64,000 nucleotides of DNA from the NCBI GenBank assembly GCA_025812035.1, contig GCA_025812035.1_4719.1; one strand, written 5' to 3'. The stretch comes from a phage. The translations under genes and the position numbers were made by a program. Below the pieces are notes generated by a model that saw only the letters and a program-made list of their open reading frames with translations, did no database searches and was not told the DNA's origin. The first letter of the stretch is position 1. Every line of letters starts with the position of its first letter. This document shows positions 26,279 through 35,986 of the stretch, piece by piece.

Positions 26279-28432
26279 TTATAACGTCTCGAAGTCTTTT
26301 GCCTTGATGACCGCGTTGAAGTTGGCAAGGAATTCCTTAAGCAATGCTTGGAAAACATCGCGGAACGCCGCGTTCGTCTTCAAGCTGGTTAAATAGTCGT
26401 TCTTAAGGTAATCGCTTAGCTTACCGATCTTCTGCATCTTCACGCCATCATCGTTCTCTCCGGGTTCTTGGCTATTGATATTAGCCCATTTGATCCCTTC
26501 GAGATCACCATCGGCAAGGAAGTTCGCTGGTGTCTCATCATCGTTCAGGATTTTGATCGTATCGCTGGATTCAATACCACCGTAAGCTTCCAGAAGCTGG
26601 TTGATGGCCAACTTATTGACGTTGATTGAACCATTAACACCATCGATACCGATACCAGTACCTGTGATGGATGTCGCCGAAAGATCGATCGGTCCGGTTA
26701 ACTTACCCCCATTGATAGGAAGCGCACCGACTTGCTCGGCAGTGTGGGTGTGGTTGGCTAACGCAGCAAACGCCGCAATCGACTTGTAGGTCGAGTACGG
26801 TGTCATGTATGTCGTCTGGTTAGTCCTGTCGGCAGCTTGCGTGTCGGTGGCAACAGCAAAGTCCTGCACGTTGCTGAGACCGACCTGCGCTTTCGTTACT
26901 CCATGCGGGTTGCTCTTATCGACAACGTGTGCCGCAAAACCGTCACCCGCTAAAGCGATGATTGCTGCTTTTGTCGCAGCTGGTGTCATATAGCGGTTGG
27001 TCGCCACACCTGTTTCTGCTTCCTCATCAGAAGCAACAGGATAGTTCTGTACACTGCCTAACCCAACCTGTGCTTTGGTTACCCTGTGTGGGTTCTCGGT
27101 ATTTGCGATGTGACTACTGAACCCTTGACCAGCCATTTGCTCGATTGCGTAACGAACAAGTATTGGTGTCATGTACTTGTTGTTAACCTGACCGTCGATA
27201 GCTTCTTGGGTAGTAGCAACCCCAAAGTTCTGCACGCTTCCCAGACCGACTTGGGCTTTTGTCACCCCATGCGGGTTATTGGTGTTGCCAATGTGTTCGG
27301 TTACGGTCGGGGTGATTAACGCTGCGATGGCGGCTGCTGTAGTTGCAGGCGTCATGTATTTGTTGTTAGCGACACCGGCACCGGCTTCTACGTTGGATGC
27401 TACACCGTAGTTCTCAACGCTTCCTAACCCCACCTGAGCCTTGGTGACCCCATGTGGGTTGCTTTTGTTTCCGGTGTGGCTTGTCAGCGAAGCATTAACG
27501 TTATCGATACGCGTACTTAAGCCATCAGTGATTGCTTTGATTGCCGCTCGTACGCCCGCAGGAGTCGTGTACAGGTTAGTGGCTGTACCGGTAATGGTTG
27601 TATTACTGTCGGCTACACCGTAGTTCTCGACGTCCCCGAGTCCCACCTGGGCTTTCGTAACCTTGTGTGGGTTGTTGCGGTTGCTGATGTGCGCTGCGGC
27701 ACTATCGCCACTAAGGTTAGCGATCATCTTACGTGTCATCGCCAACGTCATGTACAGATTTTCACCGACGGTTTCCAGATCGTTCTCGGTCGCCGTTGTG
27801 AAGTTCTGCACATTCCCCAACCCCACCTGAGCCTTGGTTACTCCGTGGGGATTATCACGTCGATTCTCATGCTGCACTAACGCAGTCATTGCTTTATTGA
27901 ACCCTTCTTCAAGCGGTTCTTTCAATGACTCGATTGCAGCTACCACATCGTCCCACGTCATCGTGTCGGTTTCGACATTATGTTGGTGGTTGATTGGTGG
28001 GAATACGGAAGGAACGTCAGCAACCTTTTCCCAGAACGTGACACGAGGATCGTAAAGGTTGTTGGCTAAAACGTTAAGAATCTGTTGTTGATCAAGTGTA
28101 AACTCACCCCCCAGTGAATAGTAGTTCAGTTGCAACTGTCCACTGAATGCGGTGTCCAACAGCATGATGGAACCGTATAATTCCAGGCCGGTCAGCGCAG
28201 CCATGGCACGGAAGGGGTGAGTGCATAAAAAGTCAACGCCTTCTTCCAGATACGCGTTTGTTTCAGGGTTGTAGATCCTTAACCCATTACGAAAATATGG
28301 CGCGTATTTAGGAACGAGAAAGTTAAATCCGGTCCCCGTGGAAGGACGGACAGTGACGAGTTCTTCTGGAACCCATGCGCCATCCAAATTCCCCTGCGGG
28401 TTATACGGAAGGCGTTTAATTTCATCTGTCAT
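26279..28432 (-). CDS. tail fibre protein (repeat-containing)
   Basis: Eight or more NPH(G/K)VTKAQVGLG(S/N)V(E/Q)N(Y/F) repeats, homologous to those in 20543-22591. Confidence 0.75.
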   Translation of the reverse strand: MTDEIKRLPYNPQGNLDGAWVPEELVTVRPSTGTGFNFLVPKYAPYFRNGLRIYNPETNAYLEEGVDFLCTHPFRAMAALTGLELYGSIMLLDTAFSGQLQLNYYSLGGEFTLDQQQILNVLANNLYDPRVTFWEKVADVPSVFPPINHQHNVETDTMTWDDVVAAIESLKEPLEEGFNKAMTALVQHENRRDNPHGVTKAQVGLGNVQNFTTATENDLETVGENLYMTLAMTRKMIANLSGDSAAAHISNRNNPHKVTKAQVGLGDVENYGVADSNTTITGTATNLYTTPAGVRAAIKAITDGLSTRIDNVNASLTSHTGNKSNPHGVTKAQVGLGSVENYGVASNVEAGAGVANNKYMTPATTAAAIAALITPTVTEHIGNTNNPHGVTKAQVGLGSVQNFGVATTQEAIDGQVNNKYMTPILVRYAIEQMAGQGFSSHIANTENPHRVTKAQVGLGSVQNYPVASDEEAETGVATNRYMTPAATKAAIIALAGDGFAAHVVDKSNPHGVTKAQVGLSNVQDFAVATDTQAADRTNQTTYMTPYSTYKSIAAFAALANHTHTAEQVGALPINGGKLTGPIDLSATSITGTGIGIDGVNGSINVNKLAINQLLEAYGGIESSDTIKILNDDETPANFLADGDLEGIKWANINSQEPGENDDGVKMQKIGKLSDYLKNDYLTSLKTNAAFRDVFQALLKEFLANFNAVIKAKDFETL

Positions 28433-28536
28433 GATGCGCCCTTTACAAGTTGTTAGTAAGAGTGGGATACCCTGGGGTATCCTGTGTTAACAGCGGTAAA
28501 ATATTACTGTAACTATAAAATAAGGGGGCCTCTCCC

Positions 28537-29817
28537 ATGTATACATTGGTAAAAACTTACGGATTACCCGTAGGTTCTGGTACGGCCTGGACAGCACTTG
28601 AGGCGGGTGAAAGTGTCCTGAGTACGTTGTTCTCAACGTATCAAAAACTCAAGATCCAGGTTCATGAAAGTTATGCTGATCAGCAACAAGTTATTGATCT
28701 GTACGCGTTCCAATCCGAGCTTCAAAACAGCAGCGATACGCTTAATGCGTGGCTGAAGGCGAAATCGGACGCACATACTAACCTCCGTGGACAGCCAGGC
28801 GAGCTGTCGATTAAAACACACAAGCTTTATTGCCACGACGTTATTACGGTAGGCTTTCTCCCTAAAGTTGGTAACAGTGGCTATCATCCAAGCAACCCGA
28901 TCCCTGAGTCGGAGCGCACGGATATATTGCTAACAAAAGCGAATACGAACTACGAAAATATCGGCAAGCATTGTTTGTTTACCGTGGGTGGTTATGTTCA
29001 TCCTCACGTTTACGGTAAAGACGTCGGTGTCTATATCCAAGGCGGGTTCAAAACAGCACAACGCAGCCAAGAAAATGATATTGGCATGATTGATTTTAGC
29101 CGTATCGGGAGTTTGGAAATCCATGCCATCACAGAAGAGATGATTGCTGATTCCACGAAGCTCTTGCCGTATAAGGACGAGATGTACTTACGACTACCAC
29201 GCAAGGTAGCTGAAGGTGAGACCGTCGCGTTAGTGTTCGGAGGGTATTTACATCTTCTTGACGATTGTTATACCATCGTTAGTGACACAACAGCGAAAAT
29301 AAACTTCGTTAACATGTTTCTGTACGAAAGATACTTCCGCTCTCGCAAATACCTTGATTTAACATCCCTTGGTATTTTGCTGGATGAAGAAAACCCGCAG
29401 TCCGACATCGTTGCTAACCGCTTATTGTCTGATAAAGTATTGAAAGCGTGGGTTACACACCCTTGCAGTTTCTGGGTGTATATCAAAGCAACATCAATCC
29501 AGGTCACGCAAGAACCTTTACCACGTAGCGGCGTACCAGGACAATATTTCTTAGGTAAGAAACCGGAAGGGCTGATTCGAGCCGATCTTGGCGAGTTACC
29601 GGCTTATGTGCAGACCTATGAAAAACCGTTATGGGTACTTCACTCACGCTGGGGACTTCGTAAGAACATGTTGTTTGAAAACACGCTGTACAAGCATACG
29701 CGTGTTAAGCGACTTAACGATACGCCTTATCTTCATCAGGTTTGGTTGGAAACGCATGCGACGTTGCAGACAGTGCACAAGCTCGAATTGATCGATTCCA
29801 GCCAGAAAAACAAATAA
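28537..29817 (+). CDS. hypothetical protein (426 aa)
   Basis: SD AAGGGGG and TAA stop, followed by a family hairpin. Confidence 0.6.
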   Translation: MYTLVKTYGLPVGSGTAWTALEAGESVLSTLFSTYQKLKIQVHESYADQQQVIDLYAFQSELQNSSDTLNAWLKAKSDAHTNLRGQPGELSIKTHKLYCHDVITVGFLPKVGNSGYHPSNPIPESERTDILLTKANTNYENIGKHCLFTVGGYVHPHVYGKDVGVYIQGGFKTAQRSQENDIGMIDFSRIGSLEIHAITEEMIADSTKLLPYKDEMYLRLPRKVAEGETVALVFGGYLHLLDDCYTIVSDTTAKINFVNMFLYERYFRSRKYLDLTSLGILLDEENPQSDIVANRLLSDKVLKAWVTHPCSFWVYIKATSIQVTQEPLPRSGVPGQYFLGKKPEGLIRADLGELPAYVQTYEKPLWVLHSRWGLRKNMLFENTLYKHTRVKRLNDTPYLHQVWLETHATLQTVHKLELIDSSQKNK

Positions 29818-29827
29818 ACGAACATAA

Positions 29828-29859
29828 CCCTCCTCCAACCCGTAAGGGAAGGAGGAGGG
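29828..29859. terminator. conserved two-tier GC hairpin (family copy 6)
   Basis: CCCTCCTCC-AACCCGTAAGGGAA-GGAGGAGGG at a convergent junction. Confidence 0.55.
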
Positions 29860-29868
29860 AATATGTTG

Positions 29869-30774
29869 TTATGCTGCGTATAACGTCAGATAACCTTCGA
29901 TGAGCGTATTCATCACACTGAGTTGGAGCACGACAGCTTTACTAACATCTGTACGTACACCGAATGGCAGTGCTTTGAATTGCTCTGGATCGGTTATTAC
30001 TTTCGCATTCTGTAAGTTGAGTGGTCCAGGTATTGCTGACAATACCCAGAGATCGTCCGTCGTAAGGTCGTCGATCTCTTCAGAGAGACCTAATTGCAAC
30101 GCGTTCATTTCCGCAATCAGTGCTTCCGATCGCGTATCACCTGAGGTTAACGTATACCCATCAGTGAGCGACGCTAGGACACCAGCTGACACGAACCAGT
30201 TGTACGAAACAATAGCACCTGGGAGTTTATCGCTATCTCGATCGATGAGATAATTCAGCCCAGCCAACATATTGTTGCGAATGAGGTTGTTAAGGTCGTT
30301 ATGTCCTGAAGTTAACTCAACAAGTAATTCACCAACCCATACTTGGTTACTGGGTTTAGGTGTTATCGCAATATGTATCGGTGATTTGGACTTATCCAGA
30401 TTCGCGTCGACGATTTCGGTTTTGTCGAGAAGGATGCCGTACGTTGATGCCAGGACAGGCAGTATCTCAGAAACCTTGGTTAACGCATCTAAGGTTTCGA
30501 TCTCGACAGGCCAGCGATGCTGTCCACCAGACCAAATACCCAGTTTGCCAAGATCGATGCGGTTATAATAGATGTCGACAGAGTTCACCAGCCCTGAACC
30601 AGGCTGGGGATGCACGGTTAACTTACTATTACGTTTGTACCCGGTACTTTCAGAAGCCTCACCGATAATCAGTTTATCCAGCGTCACGCCTCGAGCATCG
30701 AAATCGCTATGTTTTCGAATCAAACGAAAGAGAATTTCTTTCGATTCTAACCCCAGGATTTCACTGTACTCCAT
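29869..30774 (-). CDS. virion-module protein, paralog family V (member 1)
   Basis: YYNRIDLGKL motif shared with 31691-32542 and 32553-33488. Confidence 0.55.
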   Translation of the reverse strand: MEYSEILGLESKEILFRLIRKHSDFDARGVTLDKLIIGEASESTGYKRNSKLTVHPQPGSGLVNSVDIYYNRIDLGKLGIWSGGQHRWPVEIETLDALTKVSEILPVLASTYGILLDKTEIVDANLDKSKSPIHIAITPKPSNQVWVGELLVELTSGHNDLNNLIRNNMLAGLNYLIDRDSDKLPGAIVSYNWFVSAGVLASLTDGYTLTSGDTRSEALIAEMNALQLGLSEEIDDLTTDDLWVLSAIPGPLNLQNAKVITDPEQFKALPFGVRTDVSKAVVLQLSVMNTLIEGYLTLYAA

Positions 30775-30789
30775 TTAACACCCCTTAGG

Positions 30790-31674
30790 TTACGGTAGGA
30801 TTTCCGCGCCCGTCGGGCCTGCCTTACGGGCTTCCAACGCACCAAGGTCGTATTTCAGTGTCAGTGTATCGTTGGTGGTAAATAGGTTGTGATAAGTCGA
30901 AATCAAATCGGTAACTTGCGCACCTACGATTTCGTTCATGTCGAAGGTAGAACCTTGACCATCATCAGCACGAACGATTTTATCGCTGGCGGAGACGATC
31001 CCAATTTCAGAAATAACCGCGTACTCTTCACCACCTTCGGTGAGTTTCGCCACATTGAGGTATTCGTTAATATCCCACGGCGTCCAAACCAAAGATACTT
31101 TACAGCTATAATCGTAATACTCTCCGGTCGCTACCAGAATTCCGGTTGTTGGAATATCCGGTCGAGGTGGGTTGAGGTTCGCGTCGGTTGGGTGCCATTC
31201 GATGGTCTGAGCAACACCGTCGATGTACTTGGTATAACGCATGGAGCGGACAACGTTATCGAAATCAATACGGCGACCGTAATAACAGATGTATTTTTTA
31301 CCGCTTTCCAGTGTCTCAATACGACGTAATCCAAATTTAGCACGTTCGTCCGTGGTCAAATCGTTACCAATTTCACGCATCACGAAAGGTTTGATTTTCC
31401 AAGGTGAAAGATCGCTTGCTTCGTGAGCGATCGGCATCGAGGAAGGGATACCGTTAGCGTTGCGGATGAATTCGTGCCCTTGGTTGCCGATACAGAAGTA
31501 ACGTACCGCAGGATTACCCTCAGGGTAAATCTTTGATTGAATCTGAAGCTTTTCATTCAAGGTGCTATGTTCTTCCCATGCATGAGGAAGACCGAGCGTA
31601 AGGTTGGTTTGTACTTGACCGCCGATAATCGTACGGACGATACGATCGGTAGCACGGATTTGTGTAGAAGCCAT
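30790..31674 (-). CDS. hypothetical structural-module protein (294 aa)
   Basis: ORF between paralogs. Confidence 0.55.
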   Translation of the reverse strand: MASTQIRATDRIVRTIIGGQVQTNLTLGLPHAWEEHSTLNEKLQIQSKIYPEGNPAVRYFCIGNQGHEFIRNANGIPSSMPIAHEASDLSPWKIKPFVMREIGNDLTTDERAKFGLRRIETLESGKKYICYYGRRIDFDNVVRSMRYTKYIDGVAQTIEWHPTDANLNPPRPDIPTTGILVATGEYYDYSCKVSLVWTPWDINEYLNVAKLTEGGEEYAVISEIGIVSASDKIVRADDGQGSTFDMNEIVGAQVTDLISTYHNLFTTNDTLTLKYDLGALEARKAGPTGAEILP

Positions 31675-31690
31675 GTCTTTTCCTATTTAA

Positions 31691-32542
31691 TCAGTTATAT
31701 TGCATCAACAGGATACCGCCGTAGTTCGTGCAGTAATCTTGGCTAAGCGTAACGATAACAGCGTTAGCGAACGCAGGGTTAACAGGATAACCCTGTGCGA
31801 TAAGCTCTGTTGTTTTACCGGTTGCGAGTACGGTGGCCCCGTAAAGGTTGTTTTCGTCTTCACGACCGTTATAAACCCATGGGCTCGGTGCAACATTGTT
31901 GAATAAGCTAACCAACGCGCTTAGGTTACCACCAACTTTTAACCCAGCAAGATCGGAACGGATAGCTGTGCAGTCTATAGCGTAACTGTAGACCAACGCC
32001 TGGATACGGTTTGCGGTGTAGTACGGGAAATTGAGACCAGCCATCACAGTGGTCTTCATCATTCCCGCAATATCGCGTGCGCCATCGAGGAGATAGAACG
32101 TAACGCTCCCCGTCCAAGCCAATCCGGTTGTTTTCAATTCTACGACGTGCGGGAACGGGTACGTATCTCCTCGCACAATCGGAGAATCGACACAACTATC
32201 CTGATCGATAACGATTCCGTACGTTGATTGGATCAGAGGGATAAGGTCATGTGTTGTTTTAACGCCAGCATCGATAGCGAGCTTCGGTTCCATCCCCAAG
32301 AAGAAGTCTTGGATAGGAATACGGTCGTACCATACGTAGCTGCTTTCGCGATACAACGCTGGTGTGACTGTTGCTGAAGGTGATACCTTAGCACGAGTAT
32401 TTCGGTTATACGCATGGTTTCCGTTTTCAGCAACATCCGTGATATCAAGCGCGTCGAAGTTAAAGTCGAAGTCAGGATTGGCGGCCTGAATAAGCTCGGC
32501 GACCAGTACTTTAGGACTTTTGTTTAACAATTTCTGACTCAT
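31691..32542 (-). CDS. virion-module protein, paralog family V (member 2)
   Basis: VWYDRIPIQ, LAWTGSV and QDYCTNYGG motifs shared with 32553-33488. Confidence 0.55.
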   Translation of the reverse strand: MSQKLLNKSPKVLVAELIQAANPDFDFNFDALDITDVAENGNHAYNRNTRAKVSPSATVTPALYRESSYVWYDRIPIQDFFLGMEPKLAIDAGVKTTHDLIPLIQSTYGIVIDQDSCVDSPIVRGDTYPFPHVVELKTTGLAWTGSVTFYLLDGARDIAGMMKTTVMAGLNFPYYTANRIQALVYSYAIDCTAIRSDLAGLKVGGNLSALVSLFNNVAPSPWVYNGREDENNLYGATVLATGKTTELIAQGYPVNPAFANAVIVTLSQDYCTNYGGILLMQYN

Positions 32543-32552
32543 TGTTTATTCC

Positions 32553-33488
32553 TTAGCCTTGTTCTTCAGGAGAACGACCCTGGAGGCTTGCGGTATGTCC
32601 GTCGACATTGTAATAGAAAATCAATGGACCACCGACAGCAGTGCAGTAGTTTTCATCCAGACCGATTTCGATACCGTATTGGTAACCAGCTCGTGCTGGA
32701 ATGCGCCCGCCTAATTCACCGTTGAAATCCACTCTAGCGTTATACAAGTTGTACGGTGCTGTGTTGTCGTCGAGTACCCAACGATCGGCAGTCATTTCAG
32801 CCAGAAGATCGGCGACCATCACATCACTAATAACGGTACCCGTTACCAGCGAAGCCAACAATTCGCCGTAATTAGACGTATCGCGACTGTAACTATAGAT
32901 CTCACCGCTAGCACGTACACCTTGCCCGAAGAACTTAAGACCGTCCAGCTCTTTGATCGCGATAATATCATCAAGATTCGGTACACGCGATTTCATCAAG
33001 ATGCGAACGCTCCCCGTCCAAGCCAGACAGTTAGATACGACACGAAGCAACTGCCCGTTAACGGTATCCCAGTTAAGTTCGTCATTGACGATTTCTTCGG
33101 CGGTAAGACCAAGACCGAAACGTTCCTTGATGATAGGCCAGATATCACGCATCTTGGTGGCGTCTGGCGCATCAATAAGAATAGGTGCTACGTTACGCAG
33201 ATATGCACCGATGTTAATACGATCGTAATACAGCGTCGTTGAACCTTCATAATCGTCTAACTCGGTAAGCTTAGCGGTTGCCGTTGCTGTAATCTGGGTG
33301 TCGCGCTCGTAGGCGCTTTGGTTGGTGGTTGGTGTTCCTAAAACCAATAATTCAGGTGTTAGAACATGTTCTCCGTTCTGAGGTGGGTTATCATGGTTGA
33401 TAAGACCATACACGAGATCGGATGAGGGTAAAGAGACGTCGACCGGGTAAAGTTCGGTGTCGTCAATAGTTGTTACCGTATCACTCAC
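32553..33488 (-). CDS. virion-module protein, paralog family V (member 3)
   Basis: LYYDRINIG, LAWTGSV and DENYCTAVGG. Confidence 0.55.
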   Translation of the reverse strand: MSDTVTTIDDTELYPVDVSLPSSDLVYGLINHDNPPQNGEHVLTPELLVLGTPTTNQSAYERDTQITATATAKLTELDDYEGSTTLYYDRINIGAYLRNVAPILIDAPDATKMRDIWPIIKERFGLGLTAEEIVNDELNWDTVNGQLLRVVSNCLAWTGSVRILMKSRVPNLDDIIAIKELDGLKFFGQGVRASGEIYSYSRDTSNYGELLASLVTGTVISDVMVADLLAEMTADRWVLDDNTAPYNLYNARVDFNGELGGRIPARAGYQYGIEIGLDENYCTAVGGPLIFYYNVDGHTASLQGRSPEEQG

Positions 33489-33547
33489 GGTGGCCTCCTC
33501 GCCAGGAAATAGTTAAAAAAGACATTACGATTTGCTGCGCTATCACG

Positions 33548-35959
33548 TTAAGCGTCCTTGGTAGGCAAAGGTTTAACAATCAAACGATTGAGCGTATTCG
33601 ATAAACGCATGCCAATAGGCTTGTACGCAACATGATTCGTTTCACTTAGAACCGCGGATTTGAAACGACCATTCAACTGTTTGTAAATCGGCTCTATCCA
33701 GAGACCCTGAAGATCACGTTTACGGAAACGTTGCTCAAACGGTTTGATTGGGTTTACGGTCAGACCATGCAACGATTCTGATAGCAGACGTTCACGAAGA
33801 TCACGCGGTGCTCTACCTGGGAACGGTGCAAGCCACAACCCGTTGAGCGGGTTTTTACGGAAACGCAACGAGACAGGATCGGTAATAACTTGCGCCCAAT
33901 ATTGCGTACTGAATCGTACGGTTTGAGTATTCTCGTAACCGCTACAATCACACCAGGTTGGTTTTGGAGGCGCTTCCAAACTTTCAACCGCCGATTCACG
34001 CCAGTTCGTCATCGGGTTGTTATCGTGTACGAATTTGATAACTTCCGTAGCCTGGTTATCCGTATCATGAACGCATGCTTGTGCCCAGTCCTCCCACAGT
34101 TCTTCACTACCGCTTACTAAACTCGAACCAAGACGGATGGCAATTTTGTTCAGCGGTTTGATAGGATCGCTGTTGATTGTCTGGATAAAATGGATGGTGT
34201 AACTACTCAATGTCTTGAGCAATTGCAACATTCCGTATTGAATATCCTTAAGGCTGGTGACATCTTCCAAGTCTTGACCGGTGGCCTTTGTGAAGATATC
34301 GAGAGCCAGAATTCCCGCCTCTTCTTGACTGATTGCGTCAAGCTCCCAATCCATCGCTAAGAACCATTCCTTGTAAAGCTGTCCAATACCGAAGTCGACA
34401 CCAACATCCATGTAGAAATTCTCAACGATCGCTTCAGCCATACCTCGAGCTTGATAATGCTCTTGGAGCTGATACATGAATTGATGGCGACGCCAGCCCT
34501 GGTAGATCTCGGTAACGACGTTGAGAAACTCTTCAGTACTGACGACCGGACGCAATGTTACTTGCTTATCTAAACACCACCAGATCAGTTTATCGGGAAT
34601 GATAACAGGATCGGTAATACTGCGGAGATGGTCGAATGTCGGTAACGTTAACACCCGGACATGATTGGCATGTATCTTAGGTACTTCAATCAGCGTCATG
34701 CCCATCGAATAGTTCAGCAAATACAAGAACAGCTTGTAGGCATCTTTCATCGACATCGTCATGGTATCACCCGTCACCGGGTTGGTTGTCGTCAACCGTG
34801 ACTGATACATGCCTATCGCGCTAAGATGGATCCACTCATTCAGCAGGAAATCATACTTAGGATACAATTCACTGTCTGTAAGGTCTTCTGCTTCACTTTC
34901 CAATACCTTGGTCGTTAAGGTATTGTTGTCGTGCATCGACATCTTCTCTATCGTGCGGTTAAGCTCGGTATAATACTCTGCTTCGTTATCCCGCGCTAAA
35001 GGGAACTGTTGCTGCATGACGGTGGTGACCTTACGTCTAACCGTACCGTTGCCGACGATCTCTTGAAGGTTCAGCGGTTTACGCTCCATGTAAACGGTAG
35101 GTTTTAACGTCTGAGGTATCTCGGAAGCGTCTTGTTTGATTGAGAACGCACCGATTGGAATTCCACGATCGGTTAATACCTTTTGAATGAGCTTATCGTA
35201 GTTTTCCGTTCTACCCATGTTTCTTTCAACGTAAGCGATGTTACGATAGAACCAGAGCATCTGGGATTCCGTCATGTATCGCTCGAATCGATCAAGACCC
35301 TGATGGCTTGCCAGATAACTCCAGATATGGAAGCTATGGGCATAATGGGTATGACAGTTTTCCCAACGAATACCTTTTATCATCTCAGGTATTTGTGTGA
35401 ATAGAATGGCGTATAACGCAGGCCAATGAAGCATATCGACGCTTTCATACGCCGGATGTTCCCAACGTCTAAAGTAATCGTCGATTTCCTGCTGTAATCG
35501 CGGGATAAGGTTGGCCTCGCGTGACTCAACCTCTCGTGTATCGTACCAGAGAATCTCATGATTGCGAGCCGCAATTGCTTTCTCGATATCGATGGGGTTA
35601 AGGATACCCAAAATCAACATACGTTGTTCTGGGTACCGCGCAATTAAACGATTGAAATAATCTCCGCCGTACGCGTATTCTCTTGCGGTCATGCGATGCC
35701 GTAGCATGTTTTCCTTGGTGAACTCGATCTCCTCGAGCGTATCCAGGGAATTTACGGTCATCATTGTCTGACAAGGATGATACTCGCCAGCGAGATTCAT
35801 GTAGTATAACCACGTGCGTGGGTCGTCCCCGACGGCCATCTGGTAGACTTCGGAAACCTTGAGGTTTAACCGTTCTGCCGTGATGTCACTTTTAATAATC
35901 AGGGTGTCCGTTAGACGCTGCACGCTTTCCGAATAAAGCTGATAGTCAGTGTTGGACAC
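33548..35959 (-). CDS. large hypothetical protein (~800 aa) with C-terminal internal repeat
   Basis: ORF track start at 36028 overlaps the divergent gene. A GTG at about 35959 has SD GGAGGA. C-terminal FRK..L.GLW repeat. Confidence 0.55.
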   Translation of the reverse strand: MSNTDYQLYSESVQRLTDTLIIKSDITAERLNLKVSEVYQMAVGDDPRTWLYYMNLAGEYHPCQTMMTVNSLDTLEEIEFTKENMLRHRMTAREYAYGGDYFNRLIARYPEQRMLILGILNPIDIEKAIAARNHEILWYDTREVESREANLIPRLQQEIDDYFRRWEHPAYESVDMLHWPALYAILFTQIPEMIKGIRWENCHTHYAHSFHIWSYLASHQGLDRFERYMTESQMLWFYRNIAYVERNMGRTENYDKLIQKVLTDRGIPIGAFSIKQDASEIPQTLKPTVYMERKPLNLQEIVGNGTVRRKVTTVMQQQFPLARDNEAEYYTELNRTIEKMSMHDNNTLTTKVLESEAEDLTDSELYPKYDFLLNEWIHLSAIGMYQSRLTTTNPVTGDTMTMSMKDAYKLFLYLLNYSMGMTLIEVPKIHANHVRVLTLPTFDHLRSITDPVIIPDKLIWWCLDKQVTLRPVVSTEEFLNVVTEIYQGWRRHQFMYQLQEHYQARGMAEAIVENFYMDVGVDFGIGQLYKEWFLAMDWELDAISQEEAGILALDIFTKATGQDLEDVTSLKDIQYGMLQLLKTLSSYTIHFIQTINSDPIKPLNKIAIRLGSSLVSGSEELWEDWAQACVHDTDNQATEVIKFVHDNNPMTNWRESAVESLEAPPKPTWCDCSGYENTQTVRFSTQYWAQVITDPVSLRFRKNPLNGLWLAPFPGRAPRDLRERLLSESLHGLTVNPIKPFEQRFRKRDLQGLWIEPIYKQLNGRFKSAVLSETNHVAYKPIGMRLSNTLNRLIVKPLPTKDA

Positions 35960-35986
35960 GATCGGTCCTCCAAGGAGCCAGTGTAA

